The notes under the pieces: generated by a model
Database searches by the model: none
What the model saw: the letters and a program-made list of their open reading frames with translations, nothing else
What the model was told of the DNA's origin: nothing
Part shown: piece by piece, positions 19,310 to 33,624 of the stretch
Position numbering within the stretch: position 1 is the stretch's first letter
Layout of the letters: every line of letters starts with the position of its first letter
Position numbers and translations under genes: made by a program
Origin: Macrostomum lignano
Taxonomy: Eukaryota
Assembly: GCA_002269645.1 (NCBI GenBank)
Contig: NIVC01000304.1
Location: 1-64,000 of the forward strand
Length of the DNA: 64,000 nucleotides
Direction: 5' to 3'

Positions 19310-19720
19310 CATGCAATTTTTTGGTATACTAATTTTGATAAATATTCGTAAATTCATGCCATGCATGAATGTTGTAATATAAATTAACCTTTTACATAAA
19401 ATAAAGAAAAATTTGTATAGTCTAGAAAGTCAGTGATAAACTAGTGATAAACTTTTTGCTTCTTGAAAATTAACAATAAATAAAATTAGTGTAAATGATT
19501 GCTAAAAAAATTGCTATGAATTGTGCATTATTATTTCTATAGGTTTAATTTAAGTTTGTTTATAATGAAAATATATTTGTAATATTTAAAAACACTTTTT
19601 GTATAAAAACCTTTCTTAGAAAACTCTACTTGTGAAAACCAAACAACCTTTTTAGAAGGAATTTTTGGTGTATTATTTTAGGATTTTTTTTGTTTTTGGC
19701 ATACACTGGTGTACATTTAC
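19310..19720 (+). repeat. Old AT-rich dispersed repeat, copy 1 (homologous to 39395-39770)
   Basis: Shared collinear blocks aaattcatgccat, cagtgataaa, tttttgcttctt.aaaattaacaat, cctttcttagaa.actctacttgtgaaaac. Confidence 0.8.
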
Positions 19721-19769
19721 CTAAGATAGGATTCTTGTTCTGGTGTACACTACTACACAATCCAGACCC

Positions 19770-19900
19770 TGGCAACACACATATGTAAGTCGCTATTGGC
19801 TGAGAGCAGTCATGTGATTACTATTCTGTCCAATAGCAATATACATATGTGTTGCCAATAGAAATAGCCAAGTGAATCCCAAGGTTGTGCCCAAGCATGG
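19770..19900. mobile_element. Decayed copy of the palindromic hAT-type MITE seen at 22739-22910 (opposite orientation)
   Basis: ggcaacacacatatgtaagtcgctattggctgagagcagtcatgtgat...cccaaggttgtgcccaagcatg matches the 22739-22910 element with CpG-type changes. Confidence 0.75.
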
Positions 19901-21759
19901 TATATACCAATGTATATTATATACATTACCTTATGCAAAGCTTTAAATTGTCAATTTATTTGTTTCTACTATACTAGTGATTTGACAAGGTTAAATAAAA
20001 AAATAGTTTAAATAGTTTAACTAAAAAAACAAAACTAATGACTTTTATTTGTATAATGTCTTTTATAAAGAACAAAAATATATTTTTAAGTAAAGTTAGA
20101 TATATAGTCTCCTAAAATATAAATAAAAAGTCTAGTATAAAATGCACCTATATGCTATATTTATAATTATCAATCCCTAATTTGTAATAATCATAGTCCT
20201 AATACTATATCAATTTTGCTTGAAAATTATTAAAACAATATTTTTGGTCATTGTATCTTAAAACACTCAAAGTCATTTAGTAATTAATAGGAATGCATGT
20301 CATTTTAGCAATAGACATTTCTATGACAAGTAATAGTTTTGGTTACAAGTTGCTTCTATGATATTTTGCCTTTAGTTAAAATAGAAAATTTAGTAAGTGG
20401 GGATTTTAATGATTGGAAACACCTAATAATATCAATTGTAGTTATTTTGTTAATATTTAAATTTTATATATTTCAAAACTTTCTTTTAAGAGATAAATAT
20501 ATTAAGGGAAAAATATTAACTTTTGGAAAAATCAAATCAATTGGTTTTATTTTTTGCAGATCATTTAAATATATAAACATAGAAGATCCTTATCCAGAAA
20601 GACATGGAAAAAATTTCTAGTATATAAAAACAGACTAATCAAAAAAGTTTATAATCCTATGATAGTAAATAAATAAAGATAAAATTAAATGAAACAATAC
20701 TTGACTATTTTAGCAAACCTCTGAAATTTTGGTTTTATTTATTTAAAATTGGCAAGAAAGTTTTCTATTCATGTCTGCAACAACACTGGCTATCACCAAA
20801 AATGTATTTTCTTGTCATTGAAATGACTTTTGCCTGTTACCAAAGTGACTATAATCCATTGATAGCTATAAAATTTACCCTTTAAATTATATATAATTGC
20901 TTGAATAAATATGATTGTTAGATAGGTTTAATTCTTATCACTATTATTATATATGACTGCTAATGCCTACCTAATAGGCATGTATTTAGCTCCCTATAAT
21001 TATTCTTTTCTAGGTGGAAAACTATAGGGATAGCTTGGGTTGTCTTGAAATTAGAATATATATATGGGTCTAACATATTCAAAGGTCATTGACATTTTTA
21101 AAGACAATTATTGCAAACCAAGAGTGGTTACATTGGTTGCTATGTAGGTTATAAGTCTATTTACTTTTTTATATAATTAGCAATTATTTGAGATTGTTCT
21201 TAACTAGATGCATATAGGCACACAAATATGTATATATATATATATATGTTGGATTTAAGCTTTTTAAATAAAAAATAAAGCCAGCTGAAATTACTTTGAT
21301 AAGTTTAGAAGCCCAAACTTGCAGGTGTAGACAACTTGCTAATTAGTTCAGCAATACTGTAATGTACATTAGACAGTCCACTGAAATGTGCATGCCAGCT
21401 TTAGGCTAGAATTCCGAGAGAAAGGCAATTAAAATTGGGGTGCACAGGGGGGTAGTGTGAAAGTGCATGGTTGGAGGGTTTAAGCTGGGGGGGGGGGAGT
21501 AAGAGCCATGAAATGAGCCTTGTCTTTTAAAAAATACATTGAAATGCTTCAGTTTAACTTACTACTGAACAGAAAGTAGCTTACACGCAAATGTGTTGAG
21601 TAAGTGCATTGGTGAACATAGACACAATAATGATAATACTGTGATTAATATACTTTAATGATATTACTTTGATACTAATTAATATGAGAAATACACTTCT
21701 ATTAGGAAGATACGAGTATGAATAATAACAATTCAATATGGGCATTTTTTACAACTGAA

Positions 21760-21782
21760 TGCTTTTTTGTTTTTCTTTCCAG
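21760..21782 (+). promoter_or_regulatory. Strong 3' splice acceptor 15 nt upstream of the RNF25-like ATG (cis- or trans-splice site)
   Basis: tgcttttttgtttttctttccAG then agttgttaatcaaca ATG. Confidence 0.7.
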
Positions 21783-21797
21783 AGTTGTTAATCAACA

Positions 21798-24105
21798 ATG
21801 GAACGCGTGATCGCAATTCTGAAGAAACAATATGGCGATGATTGCCTTTGCGACAAGAGGTAAAACATTTAGTCATGCGTATAACCTTTATCGGTTGAAT
21901 GTTTGTATTCCGCTGATGATCGGCAATCCGACCACTCCGCCTTTATTCTATTCTATATTTGCAGCGACTCTGGCGCCATTAAGTTCACTGTGACCATTCG
22001 CGTTTCCAAGAAAAGTGAAGGCGACGACGGTGGCGAGCCGGGCTTCTCCGCCACCGCTGTCATCAGCTGCGCACCCGACTACCCGGAGAGCTGCGCCTCT
22101 ACGCAGATTGTCTCCAACACTGGCATGCCGGCCGATGCGATTGCTAAGATGACCGAACGACTAGCTAAAGTTACCGAAGAGAAGAAAGGCGAAGAGAATG
22201 TACTTTTGCTAGTCAGGGTGAGTTTCTTGTTCTTATTGACAATCAGACCCTTAAAACGGCTACGTCGGCAGATGGTTGTGGTGGCTACCACAGCCTTTGA
22301 GACGTACTTATCTATGGCGATTAACTCACCCTTCTTATCATACTTTAGCATGCCGTATCAAACTGTTCTTAGCTCCACTTTTGAAGTACTTGTGAACTAT
22401 AATTTTGCAGTCTGCTATTGCTTAGAAAGCTATAATCAGTCAGTATTGCGACTCGTTAGCGTCAACTGGCAAAAATTATGAAATTTGGACTAAACAGGCT
22501 ACCTATCCTTACCAAGCACTACTCAAGTAGAAGAACAGGAAACCTCGTTTCTTGGAAAATTTTAGGGGGCAGGATCTTCCGAAAAAAATACACTACGGAG
22601 ATAGGAAGTTTTCATTTTTTCAGCTCAAAAATTGTTCTTTATTTCGATAGGAGGCAGACCCAATGCTCATATTTTGACATGTTTTGCCTTTTTTGTAGCT
22701 CTATTGATATTCATGAAATTTTTTTGGTTGCTAGGTACCATACTTGGGCGCAACCTAGGGATTCACCCGCCCATTTCTATTGGCAACACACACATGTAAG
22801 TCGCTATTGGACGGAATAGTAGTCACGTGACTGCTCTCAGCCAAAAGCGACTTACATGTGTGTGTTGCTAATAGAAACGGCCGAGTGATTCCCAAGGTTG
22901 CGCATGTATGTAAGGTACAGTGGATGTACGTAGATTATAAAAGTAACCATTTTTGTGCTGAAAAAATGAAAACTCCTATCTCCGTAGTGTAAAAAGCTTG
23001 CCTCCTAAAATTTTCCAAGAAACGAGGTTTCCCATCCAACTTGAGTAGTCCTTGATCCTTACATGGCCATAATCGAACACTCGGCTCTGACCTCCCCTCG
23101 CCGCAGATTGTGCGCCGCTTTCTACTTGACCAACGCGTCCACGAGTGCCCGAATTGCAAGGCCGACCTGGTTGCTGGCGATTCCGAGAGCTGGCGTTCCC
23201 ACTGTGGCCATTTCTACCACCGGGGTTGCATTGTGAGTCTAATTGAGAACAGCGCCCGCGCGCAGCAGGAGAACCGGCCTGAAGGCGGCGACGAGCAGGC
23301 GCAGACGGCCGAACGTCGGCCAGTCTGTCCGGCCTGCGGCTTGTACGAATTTTTTCTGCGCAACGACAAACCGGTTAGCCGTTGCATCAAGCCCGGCGGT
23401 GGCGGCGGCAGGTTCCGCAACCGTCGCAACCGAAATCGACCCTCGGCTGGCGATGGCGAGACCGGCGGCGAAGGTGAAGGCGAAGGCGAAACTGGCCAGG
23501 GCGACCAGCGTCGTCGGCGTCAGCGGAAGCCTCGCAACAGGCGCGGAGGCGGCGGAGAGAACGACGAAGCCCCTGGCGGCGAGGGTGAAGGCGAGGCCGA
23601 AGGCGACGCCGCTCCCGGCCAGCGCCGGCAGCGTAAAAAGAAGCCATCAAATCGGCGCCGCCGCCAGCAGCAGCACTCCGGCGGCGAGGGTGACGTTGAA
23701 GGCGAAGGCGGCGACGATCCAAAGCTATTTAACCAGCGCCGCCAGGCCGATATGCGCTTCAACGAGTTCGAACAGCTGCGCAACCAGGTTGGCGGCGGCA
23801 AGGGAGGTGGCCGCCGCGGTGGTCGAGGCGGCGGTGGCGGCGGCTATCCAGGCGACTATCCGCAGCCCGGCTACATTGACGAGAACGGCGGATTCTACGC
23901 TCCGGATGGATATTATTATTATGACGGGCCGCGCGGATTCTACGCCGCTCTGGAGGCTTTCGGCGGTGGCGGCGGCGGCGGCCGTGGCGGTTCTCGCGGC
24001 GGCGGCCGCAGGCGCAATCGCCCTCGCCGTCCTCGAGGCGAAGGCGGCAACGGTGACGCCGGCGGTCCAGCCGAGAACCAGTCGGACCCTGTGGCCGCCG
24101 AGTAA
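21798..24105 (+). CDS. RNF25: RWD-domain + RING-H2 E3 ubiquitin ligase, RNF25/AO7-like, 437 aa. Exons 21798-21859, 21965-22217, 23107-24105
   Basis: GT-AG introns in consistent phase; RWD-like APDYPE motif; RING-H2 ligands CPNC..CGHFYHRGC..CPAC with a long insert before the last pair; Arg/Gly/Glu-rich tail. The RWD + RING-H2 order matches RNF25. Confidence 0.82.
22513..23054. mobile_element. Long-TIR MITE (hAT- or P-like, 8-bp TSD) in RNF25 intron 2
   Basis: CAAGCACTAC...GTAGTCCTTG termini, about 110-bp inverted arms, perfect TSD ATCCTTAC at 22505-22512 and 23055-23062; same family as 35863-37822. Confidence 0.9.
22739..22910. mobile_element. Palindromic hAT-type MITE nested in the 22513-23054 element
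   Basis: CATAC..GCGCAAC...GTTGCGCATGTATG termini, flanks ctaggtac / taaggtac (6 of 8 identical), symmetry centre gtcacgtgac at 22822-22831. Confidence 0.8.
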
Positions 24106-26681
24106 GCCGGCTTAGAAATCGGATGGGATCTGGCTTGGGACCAGGCTATCAGTACTATCGAGGCTCGTTGTGTTCCGTTGTTAATCCCCTTCTCGCGCCC
24201 GATAACAATTTGCTCGATTGCTGAGAGGTGGGGGCCGTTTAATTACATGTATAACATCCAGCGTTTTGCCCGATCCGAATTCAACCAAGCGTTAGGAACC
24301 CCCTCAATTTGATTTCTTTTTCAACAACTTATCTAGTTGATTATAATAAAAAATTGGCATGCTGTTGCTCTTGCTGCTTTTCCTCTCTGTGCGACGCTAT
24401 GCACGCAGCGAAAACGCTTTGTAGGAAGGGCCATGGATATTGGTTGCGTCATCTTTTTGAGTGGAGCTTTTGTGACGTTTATTAGCTCTTTAAACAATGA
24501 GCTAAACTCCGCGGATCCTTGGTTTCTTTCTGGCGATTTTATCAACTGTACTACTACTACTACTAATAATAATAAGAGTATTGTACTAATCTTCATCATT
24601 TTCTCAATATATTGGCGTCAATGGTTTCCTTTTGTTTGCCGCCGAGTTGAGCTAGCAGGTGGAGCGCAATAGAAATTATATCAAAACAAACACTGCCGCG
24701 CCCCTAGTGATAGAGCTTGTGCACGGGAAGGCTATAACAGATATCGTTAGAATCATCCCTCCTTTTTTACTAGTGCGTCTTTGTTTTCCTTTTTCTGTTT
24801 AAAATTTTCTTACTAATTTTTTTCGTACGCGCGCCACCTTACCTATATTGGCCTATATCTCATTGCATTGTCATCACCTACGGCTAGAGCATGACTGTTA
24901 AGACATTAATTAGTCTCTATGCGTTTGTTAGTTTAAAGGCTATATTTTGCATATTGTATCTATGCTCGTAGATTTGAGCTATTTCTGCAGAAAGAAATCA
25001 GCCTGGACAACTATGCCAGTTAGATGGAATCTGAGCTGGGGATAACTCCTGTCGTTATTTTAGTTCGCACCCGTTTCTCTCTCTGTCCATCATTCAACTT
25101 TCTCCTACCCAAAGACTCGAGTTGGTGGCGGCGGTGTTTTTTATTACTATTAATTTGTCTCTTTTGTTTCGGTTGTCGCAGCATTTGTTTTCTTGGCGCA
25201 TCAGATTAAGATAATGAATAAATGTTTTAAGCTAAACAGTCTTCATTTAGCGCGTAACTTTTATTAGAATAGTCAGTTCTTAATTAGTAACTTTTATTAT
25301 TAGGTTACTTAGAAAATGGAAATCTCTAAAAGCCTGTCAAGATCTTATAGAAGCTTATATTGTACAGTGTGATATAGAGAGCTATGATTAATATAATATT
25401 CATACATTTAGTACAATCCTGGGGGCAGTCAATCGGCTTTGGTCATCTCTGCGCTGTTGCAGTGAAATTTAGTAAATAATATTTTTAGTATAGTGGATTG
25501 AATCTACTTCGCCAAAAAGGCCGCTAGTAATGTTAAACAAAACGTCTTCTTCTCTACGCAACAACGTTCTTTTCAACTTTTTTTCTGAGAAAAAATGAGT
25601 AAATAAACTGGTGCATAATTTGATTGAAGTAAAGCAAATTTGATAATTATAAAGTTTTGTTTCCAACGCCCTACCGTTTCAAATTTATTGATACATACTC
25701 GTCTGTAGAACCTCTGTTTTTACATGACTTTTCTTTTGTGACTTAGATTTACAAGTAACAGTATAGCTCTCGTGGGGACTGTCTATATGGCTTACAGTAG
25801 GAATAGAACAACGGACAGCCTATCGGACTTTTCGCCTTCTCGGCCTGGTGATCAACACTCAAAACACAAAACGCGATCTTGCTCTGCATGCCAGGCGACA
25901 TCAGCGACGCTGACTGACAAGCGACGGAATTTCTACCTCACGTCTTTCTGTAAGCTGTTCGTCTGTTTCCTGACGTCCGCTGGGATCTGCTTATCTTATA
26001 AATCCACAAGCCGTTACATAAAGGCTAAAAAACATGCTTGTTCATCCATTTGCATGGCTTCTCTAGGCCTAGGTGTTAAACAATTAAGCATTTCATTCCA
26101 ATTCCTATTAATAAAAATCTATTTCTGAATTTAACTTTATGCATGTTGAGACAAAACAATTCATTTACATTATGAAAAAAGGACCCATTTATTATAACTA
26201 TAGTCGAGTGCAAGAGGGCAGGGTACATACAGTATGGCAAAGTAAGTAAAAAACAAGAAGCTACACAAAATCGAAGCTTAATTAACGTAGCTTAAAATAA
26301 AGTTCATAAAAATCTTAAGACTGCAACTTTAAGGCCGGAATGTTACGAAGTTAAAACAAAATAAAAGTAAAAAAGCGTCAGTTAAAAGATATAGCTTGCG
26401 TAAAGATATAAAATGTTTGTAAAAAGTTTTTTTAGATGAGAAAAGTTCATTATAGACTATTTCTATGCATACAAGTTTATGATTTGCACATTCTGTTATT
26501 ATTATTTTGACGAAAAATAAATATATGAAATATATTAACTTCATTAACAAAAAAATGCGTCAAGCTTTTGGTAACAAGTCAACGAAGTCGTGTAGATAAT
26601 GTTGCTTGACCATCAATCTCAAAGTTTTAAAGACTAGATTTATAGCCTATGATAGTAGGCTTTAGTCTATTTCTTCATTTA

Positions 26682-26790
26682 GGCTTTTCATATTACCAAT
26701 TCCAGAACCAGAATCCGAATCGGTTTGGAGCTTTTTATATTGCCTGCTCCGTTTTAGAATCGGTTCCAGAACTGTTTTGGTTCTGAAATT
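26682..26790. mobile_element. Partial copy of the Harbinger-type MITE family
   Basis: aggcttttcatattaccaattccagaaccagaat matches the left TIR and core of 36552-37809 and 38099-38361. Confidence 0.6.
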
Positions 26791-27929
26791 TGGATTGAGA
26801 AATTTTCTCGATCCATTGCTATGTTATGTTTATACTTAAATAATATAATCGGCCTATAGAGTATATTTAAAAATTGTCATTTTTTAATTATTATTATTGC
26901 TAGGGCTATAGTAAGCTTTTTGTGATTTTATTAAGTACATGCCAGGTGTGCATATATAATTTTTTTAAAGAGTGATGCACACTGGGTTTTTTGTGCAAAT
27001 GGGTGCAAAAAGCATCCTGGTCTTAAAAATCGCACTTTGAAATTTGACTCAGGGTGCTAAAAGTGCACCAGAATTTTTTGCAAGGATGTGATGCCTATTT
27101 CACAATTTAGTGTTATGGATGTCCCATAGTCTGGATCATGCTGGGTGCATGCCCCAACAAAAATTGAATAATTACAAATACATGCCAAAAAATGTAGTAC
27201 ATGCCCATTCTCAAAAATATGCTGGTGTTGTGACAATAAATAACCTTTTTTTCATTGGGACAACAAAATACCTTTAAATTGTGTAATAGACCCTTTTATG
27301 AGATAATTTGGTTGCTTTTTATGCTTTTTTGGCAATACTATTTACAGTTATATTTTTTCTACTTTACAATAACTCTCACGTGTGATTCTGTAAAATACAT
27401 GCCAGGTGTGCATGTATTTTTTCTCAAGAATGATGCACGCCAACTATGCATGCCTAATTTTGGCATGCAAAGCCAAATCATGCCCAAATTTTGGGCGTAT
27501 ACTACATGATCTAGAGTGTGGTGGACATCTTCAGTCTATAACTTTGTATTCTTAGAATTAGCTAGTAATTTAAAACACACTATTAATGTTAGACTAGTTT
27601 TTGTCTATAGCAGTGCAGCGTATCCTGGTCTTGAAAATTGTACCCAAGTTATGGATGAAAAAAACCCAGGTCTAGGATGCATACCAACTGTACATATTTA
27701 TCTTATTTTAGTGTATTCAATAATGATTTTTATATTTACTTTTATCATACAATATTCTAAATAGATAATAGACAAAAGTAAGGGGGTTTAAATGAGGATA
27801 TATTTTAATATAAAATTGTCATATTAATTTTTTTCATTATTATGGTTTTTTATTTTTAAGATTTCCATTTCTTTACCCTTTGCTACTCCTTTATATAATC
27901 TATCCAATTCTCATTTTCATTTTATAATA

Positions 27930-29564
27930 CAAGGTATATCCCAAAAAGTGAGTTTCGGTCAAATGCCAACAGTGAGTAATTAGTTTTAAAAAATATAAAC
28001 TTTGTCCAACCACAATTTCAAATATTTGTCACTCTTCAAATTGGTCGCCAAGCTTAATGCACTTTTCCCAGTGATGCACCCACGCTTCAAAGGTAAGCCT
28101 GTAGCCGGCAATTGCCAGATGTTAATGAGCTGATGAAGCGCTGTTGTTCAACTGTTTCTCAGATCCAAAATGCTAGCCACAAAGGCTCTTTTTCATCTGT
28201 GGGAACAGATAGAAGTCCACTAGAGCCAAATTAGGCAAGTAGCGCCAGTGGCAGAGAACTGCCCAATTCCAGGAGTCAAGCAGCTCTTCAACCCATCTGG
28301 CCCAATGCACTGGGGCATTGTTGTGATAGAAGATGGCACCTCTTTCTAGAAGGCCTGGCTGCTTTTTCCTTATTGCTGATTGCAGTTTCTCTTGAAGCAC
28401 CCATCAATAGTACTCACCATTCACTTTGGTATCCATAGGCATAGGCCAGTCCAGAATGATCCTATCAATGTAAAAATGATGTGTATCACCTTTAATGAGC
28501 CTTGCTTGCCTTCTTAGGACTTGCCAATCCTATTGGAAGCCATTGCATTAACTGCTGCTTCAGCTCTAGGTCCCATTTGTAGACCCATGTCTCATCTCCA
28601 GTCACTATTCTACTGAGAAATCCCTTGCCTTCACAACAAACCCAATGGAGGCAGTCCCAGGATACCACCACCTGCTCTTCCATCTGCTCATCAGTTAGTA
28701 AGTATGGCACCAATTTGGCAAAAAGCTTCTGAAGGCATAAATTCTTGGTTAGAATCATACATGCGCAACAGTCGGCCGAGTCGGCCGATCCGGCCGACCG
28801 ATTTGGCGGCCAACCAAGTAAGTTGCAAAAATGCCCACCCAAAAAAATAACCAAATAGTAGTACTAAGTAGCTGACGAGGCATTTTGGATTAATAACACA
28901 GTCATAGTTACTCCTGCCGTTTACCTAAAGTTGCGTTAATTTTGCTTTAGGGTTTTTTTTACATGTAAGTCGCATTTTTGGCCAAAAACTACGTCGCATT
29001 TTTGTTAAAACTAAGTCGCATGGCCGACCGAATTTCGGAGGTTGCGCATGTATGGTTAGAATGCAGTGGATAGTGCTGTGAGGAATGCCAAGGAGTTCCT
29101 CCAGCTCACTGCAAGTCCTTCTATTGTCTTCACTTATAGCAGCCATCATGCAATCAGCATTGGCATCAGTTGTTAGAGTCCTTGGTCATCCAGAATGCTC
29201 TTTGTCCTCCATGCAGTCGCATCCTCAAATTTCTTGCACCCACTTCTTGACTATTTGAATGGATAGTGCGGCTTCTCCTAGGACTTTCACAAGTTCTTGG
29301 TGAATTTGGTGTCAATTTTCCAGACAGTATAGAAAACTTATGATGTTTCAAACATTATAGTAAGAGAATAAGCTAGATGTGACCATGGTTGCAAAGGGTT
29401 GTATGCTTTGGTTGCAGCCATGCAGCTCAAGAACAAGCTAGGACTTAGGAACTTTAAGGTTGGGCCATAGACAAAAAAGAAAGCAACAACATACATGGCA
29501 CCTAGCTAAGCTTCTTGGGTGCCATGGTACATATGAGGGAAACTTACTTTTGGGATATACCTCA
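27930..29564 (-). mobile_element. Full-length but decayed mariner (DD34D) transposon, about 1.33 kb without the nested insertion
   Basis: TA-flanked TIRs caaggtatatcccaaaaagt (27930) and acttttgggatatacctca (29546-29564); minus-strand remnants SRIVTGDETWVY, HNNAPVH (from HDNAPxH), YLPNLALVDFYLF (from YSPDLAPSDF), and HTH-like EDNRRTCSELEELLGIPHSTIHCIL. Confidence 0.92.
28756..29054. mobile_element. 299-bp hAT-type MITE inserted in the mariner
   Basis: TIR CATACATGCGCAAC / GTTGCGCATGTATG; perfect 8-bp TSD GTTAGAAT at 28748-28755 and 29055-29062. Confidence 0.92.
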
Positions 29565-31037
29565 TACATTAACAAATTGTCTATTTAGAGTATTATATAA
29601 CAATAGTAAATATGCTCTAATAGGCAAAACAAAAAGAAATAAAAGTTATAAACAAAAATGTTATAGAAAATTGGTGGCTTTCATTAAAAGCAAAATGTGT
29701 TTGGCATAAAACAAAATTATCACTAAATGACTATTTGCTGCCAAAATGACCAGATAACCTAAACCTAAAAAATGTTAGTGCATAAAATTTTAAGAAAATA
29801 GTATGTTTTCTTATTATTCTTACTCTTATACAAACAAGTTTGAAATTAGGTTATTTGAAATATAACCTATAGTCTAGATAACCTTTTTGCTTTTCATTGA
29901 GAATCATATTCTCTTAGTTAATATGTTCTATGTTTGTACAAATTTTGCTTAATAAGTTTGAAGAAAAAGACACTTCTAAATATGCTGTTACTTCAAAAAT
30001 TTATTTGCATATATCCCCACCTAGTGAGATTTCAACAATTTCAACAAATGCATCAGATAGACTGCTGCATTTTTCTATCTTATAAAACCATTTTGCAAAT
30101 TAGTCCCTCAATTCCATCTGCAAACTTATCAAGCAACCCTATAAGCAGTGTCAGACACATTATCAGATATATTTTAAATAAATATCATTTTTTCAAGAAT
30201 TTTTTTCATTTTTTCACAATAAAAGTTCTATTTTAAATCTATATAATGTTTTTTCTACCAATAAAGCTGATGACTCACATTGCTAGCATTAAATTTTATT
30301 GCAGACTTTGTCACAATCTATTTGATGCATGTTATTTTCACTTTTATCCCCACTTCTATTCACATACCAGTTTAAACATCTCCAGATTATATCTATGTAT
30401 ATTTGTATTTCTAACAAATTGAGAAAAAGAGTTTCTGCCTTCAAAAAGAAAAAATAATGTAAAAGCAACATGAAACAATTCAAAAGCACAAGAAATGCTT
30501 TATTGCCTCCATTTCTCTTAGGGTTTGTTTGTGAGCCTAGAGTAAAATAAATGTTAGCCATCCACTTCTCCTTGCGCTGTACTTTGTGCTGCCTTTGTGT
30601 GCCATCATCTCTACCCATTCTTGGGATGGGGGGTTTGCTCACCCACTTGTATTTAAATGACATTTGATACCATATAAATAAAGGATTAGAAAAAAATATT
30701 TTTGATAAAAAGGTGGACTGATATACACTAAATAATATATAGAAACTAAAAAATAGGTCTGGGTCTATTGATTTTCTATATTTATTCACTCTATCAACCA
30801 GGCATAAAGTATATTTGAATTAGTATGACATAAATCTTATTAAAATGTCAAGTCTATTATGCAACACTGCTACATTAGTAATTTTTGTTTCCATTTTATT
30901 TATACTTGATGATTTTTATTTAAATGAAGCTCAACATTTTACATATTTTCCTGCATGCCATAATATCAAATCAAATTAGTCAAAAAATCACTTAAAATTT
31001 TGTGTTGCTAAAACATGATGATTTTGTCTCCCAATTC

Positions 31038-32693
<1,656 letters not shown>

Positions 32694-33624
32694 GAGTGTC
32701 GAGTGTCGTAATTAGAATTTGCAATTTTTAGATTTTACATAGTGCACAAACCAATTCTCAGTGTGAAGCCATCTAAGCAGTAATAGTTAATTTTATCTTT
32801 AAAATTTTCACAGCAAAAGTAGTTAAAATTCGTTTTTCTGCGTAGTTTCAATCAGTCAAATGCCTGATCTATTTTTAAAAGTGAGTATCGCTTTTTTAAG
32901 CTAAGGACGGTAGTATTTGAGCAGGTTTTGCTCACAATGCCATGCGAGGTTGTTGTAATTCCAGTGTTAAATGCTTCTAAGCAACGCATCCTCCTTTTAG
33001 CTTATCTACACTGATGCGCGAGTTACTTTAGGATTATTAAAGCTCTGAAACTTAGTTTCCTTTTTATCAGTCGATTTTTCAAGCGATTTATTCCATAATG
33101 TAGTTTTTTGTTGTCCGTTCCACGTGTATCTTATTGTTGTCACTGACAATTCAGCGTTGTGACCGCTGCTTTATTAATTTTTACGAATTTCATTTCTCTT
33201 ATGTGACCACTGCTTAACTCTCAGTTCAACTATTATTTATTATTGATATTGGCCTATTCGTTTTGATGTTGTATTGTTATACTCGGATCGCGTTAAGTCG
33301 TTATTAATTAATTATTTTTTTCATATTGTCTGCACAGTAGAACTTGACTATTATAGTCCTTGCTTGCGTCTCTAATTTTGTCTAGGTTCTTTAATTTCTG
33401 TATAACTATTGAAAACTCGCGGATACTAGAATCAGTTATAGATAGGTCACTTGCAATTAAAGTTGTTATAAAGCTGAGCGTCTACTCTTTTGCAGTAGTT
33501 TGTTTGCGCGTCAACACTAAAATTTCATTTAGCAGCTAGAATTTCCTTTTCTTCAACGCGTCAAGGATGAAAGCTAAGAATAAACAACAACTATTTAACA
33601 GGATGTACACAAGTGACTAGGGCG

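Noticed and set aside
29934-30789. 100- and 166-aa ORFs in the AT-rich zone
   Set aside because: F/I/K-biased composition typical of random AT-rich DNA, with no motifs
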